Counted from the stretch's first letter, positions 9,536 to 19,201 are shown. The stretch is DNA of 61,856 nt from Phycisphaerales bacterium (GCA_027451365.1 DAIDJN010000039.1:1-61856), one strand, 5' to 3'. Program-made: numbers and translations. The notes: generated from the letters alone by a model not told the origin.

Positions 9536-10663
9536 TCACCGACTGGCCTTGTAGTTTAATACAGGTGTGAGCCGCCGCACGATGCAGACCAGGTCCCGTT
9601 GGGCCCGCATGACCCGCTGGATATTTTTGTATGCACCGGGTGCTTCGGCGCGCAGGGCGTGGGTTTGGGCACGGTCGAAATAGATGCCTTCCATTTCCCG
9701 GCACAGCCTGTTTCCTGAAATATGGCGCATGGCCTGGCCGCGGCTTAATTTACGTCCCGCGCCGTGTGAGCTGGAATTCAGGGCATTTGAATTGCCGCGA
9801 CCAATGACGTGATAGCTTTCTGTGCCCATTGACCCAGGAATAAGTCCCGGCCGGCCTGAGTCCGCACGGTTCGCTCCTTTGCGATGCACCCACAACTGTC
9901 CGGATTCGAGTGTTTCCAATGACAGATGGTTGTGGTCGCAATCAACAAGGGAATCTGCCTCCGGGGTCATGCCGAAAATCCGGTCCAGAATTGCGGCAAG
10001 TGCGGTCATGATCGCGCTGCGGTTGGCGGCGGCGTAACGCCTGCACCATTGCGCATCGGCAAGATAGGCCTGTCCCTGATCGGTGGCGGCGTCCATTGCA
10101 GCAAGGCCGGAGGGCATGATTCGGCAATGCTGGTTGTGAAAATCGAAGACCGCCTGCCCAATTCCGCGCGATCCGCTGTGCACCATCGCCCACAGGCGGC
10201 GGTCTTCATCTATCTGCAATTCCAGAAAATGATTGCCTGAGCCCAATGTGCCAAGCTGAAGAACGCCATCATCGCGAAGAATTGCGCGGAGGCGAGAATC
10301 AACGAAAGTGGCGGGCGGGATGTCCGCTATTGCGGGCGGATGATCGCCGCGGCGGTGACGGTTGTATGGAATATCGTGCCGAATGGCCGCATAAACAGCG
10401 GGCAGATGGACGAGCATATCCGGCGTGAGTTCGGCCGAAAATCGGCATGCAGTAATTCCGCAGCCAATATCGCCTCCGACGGCACCGGGATAGACGAGTT
10501 GCCTGGTTCCTATCACCATTCCGACGCAGAAATTGCCTGCCGGATTGACGTCCGGCATGACGGCAAGATGCCGGACGTCGTCGGCGTTCACCCAGATGCG
10601 AATGCGCGACCGCACCAGCGGGTCAAGCGGATCGCATAGCCATTGATGCATGGGCGCGGTCAT
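9536..10663 (-). CDS. rtcB: RtcB-family RNA ligase (short form, 375 aa)
   Basis: VGGDIGCG, LGTLGSGNHFLE, VHSGSRG, HNH, HRKGA, IPGSMG, SSSHGAGR and EAPGAYK motifs. Confidence 0.93.
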   Translation of the reverse strand: MTAPMHQWLCDPLDPLVRSRIRIWVNADDVRHLAVMPDVNPAGNFCVGMVIGTRQLVYPGAVGGDIGCGITACRFSAELTPDMLVHLPAVYAAIRHDIPYNRHRRGDHPPAIADIPPATFVDSRLRAILRDDGVLQLGTLGSGNHFLELQIDEDRRLWAMVHSGSRGIGQAVFDFHNQHCRIMPSGLAAMDAATDQGQAYLADAQWCRRYAAANRSAIMTALAAILDRIFGMTPEADSLVDCDHNHLSLETLESGQLWVHRKGANRADSGRPGLIPGSMGTESYHVIGRGNSNALNSSSHGAGRKLSRGQAMRHISGNRLCREMEGIYFDRAQTHALRAEAPGAYKNIQRVMRAQRDLVCIVRRLTPVLNYKASR

Positions 10664-11067
10664 GATTGCACCTCGTGCATGGGCAGCACGACAAAGTCTA
10701 TTTCCGGCGCCTTCTTGCGGCAGATATCTGCCGCAATGGCGGCTCGCAACAGGCCTTTGACCTGTTCGAGCCGTTGATAGACCAACGCGAAATCGGGTGG
10801 GGAATCGCCAGGCTTAAGCCAGAGCGTGATAAGCAGATGGTGCGCATTAGGCGCGGGAGCGACCGATGCGACGATAAGGCCTTGCAATACCGGATCGCGG
10901 CAGTCACCCGCCAATGTCAGGCTGATAATGCGGAAGGCCTGTTTGCACAATTGGGCCGTTTTGTAATCAGGCTTATACGAAAAGCCGTCCATAGGGTCCG
11001 AACGTTGAGACCGGTTGTGGCGGCGCGCAGATTCTGCGCGTCGTTCACGTGAATGTGAATTCGTCAC
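10660..11067 (-). CDS. Ribosome-binding factor A-like protein (divergent RbfA paralogue)
   Basis: KTAQLCKQ...RDPVLQGLIVASVAPAPNAHHLLI...LEQVKGLLRAAIAADICRKKAPEIDF follows the RbfA pattern (DPrl..v.V....D......L....G.lR..ia..i..r..PeL.F). GTG start after GGAGA. ATGA overlap with rtcB. Confidence 0.75.
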   Translation of the reverse strand: MTNSHSRERRAESARRHNRSQRSDPMDGFSYKPDYKTAQLCKQAFRIISLTLAGDCRDPVLQGLIVASVAPAPNAHHLLITLWLKPGDSPPDFALVYQRLEQVKGLLRAAIAADICRKKAPEIDFVVLPMHEVQS

Positions 11068-11251
11068 AATTATTCTCCGACGGCGCAGCATTAACGCTGC
11101 GCCTGGGTTAATAAAAATCAATCCTGGTTAAGCTGCAAAATCATGGGCTTCGGTTGCGCGAAGACGGCGGCGACGATACGGCTCGCGATTCAGGCCACAA
11201 AAAAAATGGCTGTGCGATGCGCACGCAATCTACTGCGATGCCAAGCCCGAG

Positions 11252-11284
11252 TTAAGCAATTGAGATGGATAGAATTGTGGTCAT
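11252..11284 (-). CDS. Putative leader peptide MTTILSISIA
   Basis: AGGTGA RBS, then ATG ACC ACA ATT CTA TCC ATC TCA ATT GCT TAA, between the promoter and the structured leader of the rbfA-like gene. Confidence 0.55.
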   Translation of the reverse strand: MTTILSISIA

Positions 11285-11327
11285 AAATCACCTATGTGCC
11301 GCCAAAGAAGCAGCTCCTGTTTGCATC

Positions 11328-11355
11328 AATATAATGGAGGATGAGGCAATGTCAA
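11328..11355 (-). promoter_or_regulatory. Sigma70-type promoter for the leader/rbfA-like/rtcB unit
   Basis: TTGACA-16 nt-TATATT on the minus strand. Confidence 0.6.
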
Positions 11356-12064
11356 GCGATTATGAATAACATGACACTGCGGACAATAGCGAATCCGGGC
11401 ATTTGGAGCGTTGCGACTGGTGCAACAGAAATTCGGGAACAGTTATGAAGAAGTGTGGACGGATTTAATATAAAAATATAAATCTGTGGAGTTTCGCAGA
11501 TGACTGCTTCGGAAAATCCGCCGCTGTGCCCAGGTCATGTTGCCGGTGAAGGAGTTGATGGCAGCGGGTGCGATCCGTCTGCCCTTTCCGATCAGCCGGT
11601 CTGGACACCTGTGTCCGAGGCCACCGCGCTGCTGGCGAGGCAATAGCGCGATTGTGTCAGATTGTTTGTTTGGTCCGCCTGGGTCTGAGGTGCTTCCGGT
11701 TTTTGATGTAATTCTCGGTTGGGCGACTTTTCTGGCCGGCTATCGGCTGGCGCCCGATAGCAGACTTTTTCCCCCGTGGGCTTTTGTTGGATTACTGTTG
11801 GTTCCGCGGATGGGCTTCATTTTCCTTCCCTTTTTTTCTTCAGCGGTGCCGCGCGAAATTGCGCAAGGGTGGTATACGCGTTGGTTTTATGGGGAAAGGC
11901 CGGCTGACGTGAAGGCGGCTCGCACGTGCCTGTGTGCTGGCCGGCGCTGTTGCCATGCCGGCGGCCTTGGCCGGTGGATATGGTGGCGGCGTCTGGAATG
12001 GGGGCCTATTATGGTAGGCGACGGGTCGCGGCGCGTCGTCGCACCCTGGACTTTGGAGACGCCT

Positions 12065-12745
12065 ATGTCAGTGAAAATCATTTACCACGGTCACTCCAAT
12101 CTGGAAATTCACAGCGATGTGCATCGATTGCAGTTTGATCCATTTTATGACCAGAATCCCATTTCGGATGTGCGCAGCGATTCGGCTGATCCGACCTTTA
12201 TTCTGTTAAGCCACGCCCATTTTGACCATACCGATGATGCGGTGCGTATTGCTCGACGGACCGGCGCCACCGTTCTAGCTAATTTTGAAATGTCGGAATA
12301 TTTTTCCAAACGGCAGGTGAAAGCCGTGGGCATGAATATCGGGGGAGGAGGAAATTTTCCCTTCGGCCGTGCCAGCATGACTTTCGCCATTCACACCAGC
12401 ACTTTTCCGGATGGAAGCCCCGGCGGCGTGCCCGCGGGCTGGGTTGTGGAAATTGGGGGCAAGATTATTTATTTTGCCGGTGATACGGCCCTGTTCGGTG
12501 ATATGGCTCTGATTGGGAAACTCTGGTCGATTGATCTGGCTTGTCTGCCGATTGGTGATTTTTATACCATGGGGCCGCGGGAGGCGCTGATGGCTGCGGA
12601 TATGCTTAAGGCGCGGCACGTGCTGCCGATACATTACAATACTTATCCTCCGATAACGCAGGATGGTGAGGCGTTTGGCAAGCAGTTGGCGCAAAAAGGG
12701 ATTACGCCCGTAGTGCTTAAACCGGGCGGGTCTTTTATGCTTTAA
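12065..12745 (+). CDS. Metal-dependent hydrolase, metallo-beta-lactamase fold (UPF0173-like)
   Basis: YHGHS, SHAHFDH, YFAGDT, LPIGDFYTMGP and PIHYNT motifs. True start at ATG 12065 after GGAG. Confidence 0.9.
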   Translation: MSVKIIYHGHSNLEIHSDVHRLQFDPFYDQNPISDVRSDSADPTFILLSHAHFDHTDDAVRIARRTGATVLANFEMSEYFSKRQVKAVGMNIGGGGNFPFGRASMTFAIHTSTFPDGSPGGVPAGWVVEIGGKIIYFAGDTALFGDMALIGKLWSIDLACLPIGDFYTMGPREALMAADMLKARHVLPIHYNTYPPITQDGEAFGKQLAQKGITPVVLKPGGSFML

Positions 12746-12815
12746 GGGGCAGCATTCAGGCCGCGATGCGGATCCGCGGCGCAGCAAACAAATATCAACA
12801 GGATTGCAGTCAGCT

Positions 12816-14492
12816 ATGGCGGAGTCAAAAATACCGGCGGACGACTTATTGAAGCCCACACCATTTTCCATGGATGCCGGAATATCTTCGGCGGCCGACT
12901 GCGGCCGTCCACTGGTGTATCTGGTGGGCGCCGGCCCGGGGGATGTGGGTCTGATTACCGTGGCCGGTGCGCGCGTGCTGGGCTGTGCGGCGGCGGTGGT
13001 GTATGACAACCTTGCCAATCCAGACCTGCTGCGATATTGCCCGCCGGACGCGGAAATGATTTACGCTGGGAAATCCGCCGGAGTTCATACGCTTACGCAG
13101 GATGAAATAAACGGTCTGCTGGTACAACTGGCAGAAAAACTGGCGGCGAGGCGGCCGGATGGTGCGAGGCGATGCGTGGTGCGGCTGAAGGGCGGCGATC
13201 CTTTTGTGTTTGGCCGCGGTGGCGAAGAAGGGCAGATACTTAAGCGGGCGGGCATTCCTTTTCAGGTCATTCCTGGCATAACTGCTGGAATAGCCGGGCC
13301 AGCCTATGCGGGCATTCCTGTGACCCACCGGGATTTTACCAGCACTGTCACCTTTGTGACCGGGCATTTGCAGGAAGGTACCGCGGGCACCGATGAGGAG
13401 AGCGCGGCGATAGATTTTTCCGCGCTGGCCAAACTGGGCGGGACCCTGGTTTTTTATATGGGTGTTAAAAGTCTGCCGGCGATAACCGCAAAATTGATGG
13501 CTGGCGGCATGGACCCGCAAACGCCGGCGGCGGTGATTCATCGCGCGACCCATGCGGTACAAAAAACTTTGATCAGCACACTGGAGGCCGTGGCGGCTGG
13601 GGCACGGGATGCGAAGATTGCCGCTCCGGCCATTACGATCATCGGGCGGGTGGTGACGGTACGCGACGAATTGAACTGGTTTGAAAGCCGCCCGCTTTTT
13701 GGACAGACCATTCTGGTAACGCGGACGCGGCAGCAGGCCAGCGGGCTTTCCGAGCAACTTTCGCAACTTGGTGCGCGCGTGATTGAAGCACCGACGGTAG
13801 AGCTTGCCCCGCCGGAAAATTTCACTGCCGCAGATCAGGCGCTGGGCAGACTGCACAGCTATAACGCGGTGGTGTTTACGAGTGCCAATGGTGTTAACGC
13901 CGCCTGGCAACGGCTGCAAGCGATGGGAAAGGATTCTCGCGCATGGCCCGGACACGTTGCGGCAATTGGTCCGGCCACAGCGGAAGCATTGCGGGCCATC
14001 GGAATTTCTCCGGATATTATTCCGGAAACATTTGTGGGTGAAGCGCTGGCGGCGGAATTGCTGAAATGTTTCGCCGACGGAGCCGCCGGACCAGCACCAC
14101 TTACAGGGCGGAAGTTTTTACTTTTGCGGGCGGATATTGCGCGACCTGTTCTGCGGGAGGAATTAACCCGGGCCGGAGCGGTGGTGGAGGATATTGCAAT
14201 TTACCGAACAGTGCGGCCGGAGGCGCTGGCTCCGAAGGCGATTGAAGCACTGGAAGCCGGTTCACTGAACTGGATTACTTTTACCAGCGCATCAACGGCG
14301 GAAAATTTGCATGCAATGCTTTCGGCACCGCAGCGGGCGATGGTGCAAAAATGCCAGCGGCTTTCGATAGGGCCGATGACGTCGGCGGCCATGCGCAAAC
14401 TAGGGTGGGAACCGGCGCTGGAGGCCGCGGAGCACGATATTCCCGGAATGGTTCGGGCTTTGCATGCGGCATGTGCCTCAATCAGAGGTTAA
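12816..14492 (+). CDS. cobA: Uroporphyrinogen-III C-methyltransferase/uroporphyrinogen-III synthase fusion (CobA-HemD)
   Basis: VYLVGAGPGD and RLKGGDPFVFGRGGEE, then a HemD part (LVTR, FTSANGV, FTSAST). Start uncertain. Confidence 0.92.
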   Translation: MAESKIPADDLLKPTPFSMDAGISSAADCGRPLVYLVGAGPGDVGLITVAGARVLGCAAAVVYDNLANPDLLRYCPPDAEMIYAGKSAGVHTLTQDEINGLLVQLAEKLAARRPDGARRCVVRLKGGDPFVFGRGGEEGQILKRAGIPFQVIPGITAGIAGPAYAGIPVTHRDFTSTVTFVTGHLQEGTAGTDEESAAIDFSALAKLGGTLVFYMGVKSLPAITAKLMAGGMDPQTPAAVIHRATHAVQKTLISTLEAVAAGARDAKIAAPAITIIGRVVTVRDELNWFESRPLFGQTILVTRTRQQASGLSEQLSQLGARVIEAPTVELAPPENFTAADQALGRLHSYNAVVFTSANGVNAAWQRLQAMGKDSRAWPGHVAAIGPATAEALRAIGISPDIIPETFVGEALAAELLKCFADGAAGPAPLTGRKFLLLRADIARPVLREELTRAGAVVEDIAIYRTVRPEALAPKAIEALEAGSLNWITFTSASTAENLHAMLSAPQRAMVQKCQRLSIGPMTSAAMRKLGWEPALEAAEHDIPGMVRALHAACASIRG

Positions 14493-14531
14493 CAGATTCC
14501 GTCGTGTAAGGCTTGGCTGTTAATGAAAATT

Positions 14532-15236
14532 TCAGAACATGCCAAGCTGCAGCATGGCCGCATCGGACATGCGGTCTTTGGTCCATGGTGGATCCCAAAT
14601 CAGATTCACTTTAGCGCTGGCCACATCTTCCACACTTTGGACAGCCTGTTGCACGGAAGGCGGCATGGTCCCCGCCACGGGACAGCCCGGGGCGGTCAGC
14701 GTCATATCAATTACCACGTCTCTGGCGGTGGAAATATCAATCCGGTAAATCAGCCCAAGGTCATAAATGTTTACTGGAATTTCCGGGTCAAAAATGCCGC
14801 GCAGTTTTTCGATAATCTGCGATTCCATCACCTTGTTATTTAAGGCGTCGGTGATGCTGACACCTTTGGGGGAACTGCCGTCATCTTCGGTGTGAACGCC
14901 GCTCGCGGGGGCAGTGGTCTGGGCGGGCCGCACCGGCAGTTTGACCGCGTGCGGGTTTTTGAAGATAAAGCCGCGAGATCCCGGTTCGTCCTTGAAGTCA
15001 ATTTCCGTACCATCCAGACTTGGAAAACTTGTCGGATCGCAGACGACTGGAATGCCGTGCGATTCACCGGCAATGTCATCATCCTTTTTACCTTCGGTCA
15101 GGTCCAGCGTGTAATTAAAGCCACTGGCATTGCGGCCTTTAATGCCGACACGCAGCACTGTGGCCGCGGAAAGCCCCTGATCGGCAATAATTTTCCGTAT
15201 TTCGACGGCGGCAAGTTCAGAAATTGAAATGGGCAT
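14532..15236 (-). CDS. sufT: Fusion of a degenerate A-type Fe-S carrier (IscA/HesB-like) domain and a SufT (DUF59) domain
   Basis: N-terminal ISISELAAVEI..LRVGIKG...SGFNY..LDGTEIDF..GFIFKNP. C-terminal DPEIPVNIYDLGLIY..TLTAPGCP..WDPPW. Confidence 0.85.
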   Translation of the reverse strand: MPISISELAAVEIRKIIADQGLSAATVLRVGIKGRNASGFNYTLDLTEGKKDDDIAGESHGIPVVCDPTSFPSLDGTEIDFKDEPGSRGFIFKNPHAVKLPVRPAQTTAPASGVHTEDDGSSPKGVSITDALNNKVMESQIIEKLRGIFDPEIPVNIYDLGLIYRIDISTARDVVIDMTLTAPGCPVAGTMPPSVQQAVQSVEDVASAKVNLIWDPPWTKDRMSDAAMLQLGMF

Positions 15237-15277
15237 GACAACATCCTTGATTCTGGAGCATTGGTCTAATGCGGGCG

Positions 15278-15739
15278 CTATTCGGTGCTGACCGGCCCGC
15301 CTACATCTTTGAGCGCCGCTTGAAGCGTATGCCACGCCAGCGTGGCGCATTTAACGCGCACCGGAAACTCGCGCACGCCGGAAAATACGGCCAGTTTATC
15401 CAGGGCTTCGAGTCGTTGTTCGTCCGGTTCCATGTCAACGGGTGCCGTCACCAGAGAGTGAAAATTCTCAAATAAAGGAGCAATTTCGGCGACCCGTTTG
15501 CCTTTAATCATCTCGGTCATCATGGATGCCGACGCGGTGGATATGGCGCAGCCGGCACCGACAAAGCCAGCATCCTGAATAATATCATTGTGGATTTTCA
15601 GATAAACCGTCAGTTTGTCGCCGCAAAGCGGATTGTGGCCATTGGCGCGGTGATTGGCATCCGTGAGTTCATGAAAATTCCGGGGCCGTTTCGTGTGGTC
15701 CAGAATAGTCTGCTGGTAAAGATCGCGAAGGTCGGACAT
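15278..15739 (-). CDS. sufU: SUF-system NifU-family protein SufU
   Basis: LYQQTILDH, NPLCGD, GCAISTASAS and RVKCATLAW motifs. Confidence 0.93.
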   Translation of the reverse strand: MSDLRDLYQQTILDHTKRPRNFHELTDANHRANGHNPLCGDKLTVYLKIHNDIIQDAGFVGAGCAISTASASMMTEMIKGKRVAEIAPLFENFHSLVTAPVDMEPDEQRLEALDKLAVFSGVREFPVRVKCATLAWHTLQAALKDVGGPVSTE

Positions 15740-17028
15740 CAGGCGAATACCTCCTTGACCTTTTCAAGAGCCTCCGCGAGGCCGTTAATATCGTCCCGTG
15801 TGTTATAAAACGCCAGGGAAGCCCGTGCGGTGGCTGGAATGCCATAATGATCCATGACCGGCTGGCAGCAATGATGACCGGTGCGAATCGCGATGCCCTC
15901 GCCATCCAGGATTGTACCGATATCGTGCGGATGAATGCCCTTGATGATGAAAGAAATGACGGCCGCCTTTTGGGCCGCGGTGCCTACAATGCGCAGACCG
16001 TCGATTGCACCGAGTCTATTTTCAGCGTAAGTCAGAAGCTCATGTTCGGCCTGTGCGATTTGCTCCATGCCAATGGCGGAAATGTAATCTACCGCAGCAC
16101 CCAGCGCAATGGCTCCGCCAATGTCCGGGGTGCCGGCTTCAAATTTATGGGGCACTTCATTCCATGTTGATTTTTCAAAGGTCACCGTGCGGATCATATC
16201 CCCCCCACCTTGATACGGGGGCATTGCATCCCACAGGGCCTTTTTCGCCCAGACGGCGCCGGTCCCGGTTGGCCCGAACATTTTATGACCTGAAAAAGTC
16301 AGGAAATCGCAGCCGATATCTCTGATCGAAACCGGCAGGTGCGGAATGGATTGCGCGGCATCCACCAGCACCAGGGCACCGGCGTTATGGGCCAGCTCGG
16401 TCATCTGTTTGACCGGATTTATGGTGCCCATGGCGTTGGATACATGTGTTATAGCCAGCAGCCGCGTGCGGTCGGAAAGCAGCGACGCAAATTGTTCCAT
16501 ATTCAGTTCGCCGTTATCAGCAAAGGGAATTACCCGGATGGTCGCGCCGGTTCGTTGGGCGGCAAGCTGCCAGGGCACAATATTGGAATGGTGTTCCATT
16601 TCGGATAGCAGAATTTCATCGCCGGGACGCAGGTTAGCGGATCCCCATGAACTGGCTAAAAGATTAATGCCTTCGGTACAGCCGCGAACGAAGACAATTT
16701 CCGCCGGCGATGAGGCGTCAATAAATGAGGCGATTTTCGCACGGGCATCTTCATAGGCGGCGGTTGCATCCGCGGAAAGTTTGTACACGCCACGGTGAAT
16801 ATTTGCGTTCTGATGGCTGTAATAGCGACTGATCGCCGCAATAACGGCGTCAGGTTTCTGGCTGGTGGCGGCGTTATCCAGGTAAACCAGTGGTTTGCCA
16901 CGAACCTGGGTTTGCAGAATCGGAAAATCCCCTCGTATTTTCAACACGTCAAAGGGGCGGCGAGGCGCGATTGACTTAGGCCCGTGGCGGGAGGAATTGG
17001 CGGCTATTTGTGCGGTTGGCATGTTCAT
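15739..17028 (-). CDS. sufS: Cysteine desulfurase SufS
   Basis: YLDNAATSQKP, EHHSNIVPWQ, SGHKMFGPTG and RTGHHC motifs. ATGA overlap with the sufD stop. Confidence 0.95.
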   Translation of the reverse strand: MNMPTAQIAANSSRHGPKSIAPRRPFDVLKIRGDFPILQTQVRGKPLVYLDNAATSQKPDAVIAAISRYYSHQNANIHRGVYKLSADATAAYEDARAKIASFIDASSPAEIVFVRGCTEGINLLASSWGSANLRPGDEILLSEMEHHSNIVPWQLAAQRTGATIRVIPFADNGELNMEQFASLLSDRTRLLAITHVSNAMGTINPVKQMTELAHNAGALVLVDAAQSIPHLPVSIRDIGCDFLTFSGHKMFGPTGTGAVWAKKALWDAMPPYQGGGDMIRTVTFEKSTWNEVPHKFEAGTPDIGGAIALGAAVDYISAIGMEQIAQAEHELLTYAENRLGAIDGLRIVGTAAQKAAVISFIIKGIHPHDIGTILDGEGIAIRTGHHCCQPVMDHYGIPATARASLAFYNTRDDINGLAEALEKVKEVFA

Positions 17029-18374
17029 GCGGCGGTCTGATCGAGATGCAGGCGATGAAGCTCTGCGGCGACCAGTTCCTCCAGGTACGTTTTCATTTCC
17101 GGATGCCACACGCGTCCCAGAACATCTCCGGCGAAAGCGTAGGTCAGCAGGGCACGCGCCTGCGCCGCATTGACGCCGCGCGAACGCAGGTAGAACAGTT
17201 GCTCGTCGTCAAGCGGGCCTGTGGTGGACCCGTGTGTGCACTTCACGTCATCGGCGTAAATCTCAAGCTGCGGCTGGGAGTCCATGACGGCATCATCAGA
17301 AAGCAGAATCGTTTTGCTGGTCTGTTTGGAATCGGTTTTTTGCGAGTCGGGCCGAACCAGAATCTTTCCGCGGAAAACGCCACTGGCCTTTCCGCCAAGA
17401 AGGTGTTTGTAAAGCTCATGGCTGGGACAATTTTCGCGGGCGTGGTCCAGCAGGGTATGGTTATCGACGTGCTGGTGTCCGGTGATCATGGTAATGCCGT
17501 TAAGCGTTGCCTCGGCGAACGGACCATCCAGTCGCACCTGCAAATTGTTGCGCACCACCGCGCCGCCGGTGTTAAAGGAAAGCGTTTGCAGCGTGGCTTT
17601 AGTGGCGAGGCAAATAACATCATGGGCAATATGATAGGCGGAATCCACCTCGCGCTGCAGTTTAATAATCTCAACTTTCGACTCGGTTTCGGCCGCCAGT
17701 TCCAGCACGGCATTGGTTACGTGCGACTGGCTGCCGGTACCGGCATAGGTTTGCACCAGTGTCACCTGGGAACGGGCTCCGACGTGCACGCATATACGCG
17801 GTTGAACCAGCGTGGGCTGATCCGCCGACGTGGTAATAAAAAGAAGATGAATGGGCGATTCAATAATCAGATCGGCCGGAATCTGAATAAACGCTCCATC
17901 AGTGAAGGCTGCCGTATTCAGCGCCACAAACCCGTTGGATTGGGACAATGCTTCGTGCGCAAATACGGCATCACGCCAAAGCGGATCATGAATCGCATCG
18001 GCCAACGTTGACACGCGCGCCGCACTCGTGCCAAGGGTTGAGCACTCCGGCGAAAATACGCCGTTAAAAAATACCAGCTCGCTGGCACCCGCTCCGGTCA
18101 GGCTCCAGTTTCGGACGGTTTGGAGGGTGTCGAAGGTCCGCGCTGTGGCGGGATTTTTGAAGTGGATTTTTGCCAGAGGTGCCACATTGGTGAGTCGCCA
18201 GTCTTCGTGCCGGGTGGTCGGCAGGCCAAGCCGTTGAAAGTGCTGGCGCGCGGATTGACGAATATCGCTGAGCCACGCAGCCTGATGGGTGAGGTCAACT
18301 GAAAGAATTTCGGCGAACCCTTCAAGTTCAGCGCGAAAGGCCGGTGAAGCGGGTTGTGCGGTTAATTGCGTCAT
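17025..18374 (-). CDS. sufD: Fe-S assembly protein SufD
   Basis: GLPTTRHEDWRLT, PQLEIYADDVKCTHG and LFYLRSRG motifs. Confidence 0.95.
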   Translation of the reverse strand: MTQLTAQPASPAFRAELEGFAEILSVDLTHQAAWLSDIRQSARQHFQRLGLPTTRHEDWRLTNVAPLAKIHFKNPATARTFDTLQTVRNWSLTGAGASELVFFNGVFSPECSTLGTSAARVSTLADAIHDPLWRDAVFAHEALSQSNGFVALNTAAFTDGAFIQIPADLIIESPIHLLFITTSADQPTLVQPRICVHVGARSQVTLVQTYAGTGSQSHVTNAVLELAAETESKVEIIKLQREVDSAYHIAHDVICLATKATLQTLSFNTGGAVVRNNLQVRLDGPFAEATLNGITMITGHQHVDNHTLLDHARENCPSHELYKHLLGGKASGVFRGKILVRPDSQKTDSKQTSKTILLSDDAVMDSQPQLEIYADDVKCTHGSTTGPLDDEQLFYLRSRGVNAAQARALLTYAFAGDVLGRVWHPEMKTYLEELVAAELHRLHLDQTAA

Positions 18375-18448
18375 GAGTTAAAAAACTCCGATGGTTATCC
18401 AGTAAAAGGGAATGGGCGGCGGGTCGGCCGCGCTCACGCGGCGCTCCA

Positions 18449-19201
18449 TCAGGCGGCGGTATCCAGCCAGCCATACCCTTTGGCTTCCAGTTCCAGTGCA
18501 AGTTTTTTATCGCCGGACTTGATGATCTTTCCATCGCGCAGAACATGAACAAAATCCGGCACAATATAATCCAGCAGGCGCTGGTAATGGGTGACCACCA
18601 GCATGGCGCGGTCCGGTCCACGCAGAGAATTCACACCTTTGGAAACAATTTTCAGTGCGTCAATATCCAGTCCGGAATCGGTTTCATCAAGAATGCCGAG
18701 TTTGGGATCCAGAACGGCCATCTGGAAAATTTCGTTGCGCTTCTTTTCGCCGCCGGAGAAACCTTCATTAACGGACCGGTTCAGAAAGCTCTGATCCATT
18801 TCCAGAAGTTTCATTTTTGCCTTGATCATTTTAAGGAAATCCATGGCATCGAGTTCTTCCTGTCCCCGATGTTTGCGAATGGCATTGACCGCCGCCTTAA
18901 GAAAGTAAGCCGTGCTGACGCCGGGAATTTCAACCGGATATTGGAACGCCATAAACAGACCTTCGCAGGCGCGTTCTTCGGGGGACATTTCCAGAATATC
19001 CACACCATTTAGCAGCACCTGCCCGCTGGTAACCTGATAGGTTTCCCTGCCGGCCAGAACCGATGCCAAAGTGCTTTTTCCAGAGCCGTTGGGGCCCATA
19101 ATGGCATGCACTTCGCCGGCATTGACCGAAAGACTGATTCCCTTAAGAATCTCTTTTCCACCCACGGACGCGTGCAAATCTTTAATTTCGAGCATTGCCA
19201 T
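18449..19201 (-). CDS. sufC: Fe-S assembly ATPase SufC
   Basis: [28 protein letters not shown] and [11 protein letters not shown] motifs. Confidence 0.97.
   Translation of the reverse strand: MAMLEIKDLHASVGGKEILKGISLSVNAGEVHAIMGPNGSGKSTLASVLAGRETYQVTSGQVLLNGVDILEMSPEERACEGLFMAFQYPVEIPGVSTAYFLKAAVNAIRKHRGQEELDAMDFLKMIKAKMKLLEMDQSFLNRSVNEGFSGGEKKRNEIFQMAVLDPKLGILDETDSGLDIDALKIVSKGVNSLRGPDRAMLVVTHYQRLLDYIVPDFVHVLRDGKIIKSGDKKLALELEAKGYGWLDTAA

Noticed and set aside
11537..12064. 176-aa N-terminal extension of the metallo-hydrolase ORF
   Set aside because: Family similarity and the RBS begin at 12065, so the extension looks like chance open frame.
12846..13955. Long antisense ORFs (also 17010-18011, 24709-25740, 42686-43642, 54367-55674)
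   Set aside because: These are shadows of well-supported genes on the opposite strand in GC-rich DNA, with no motifs.
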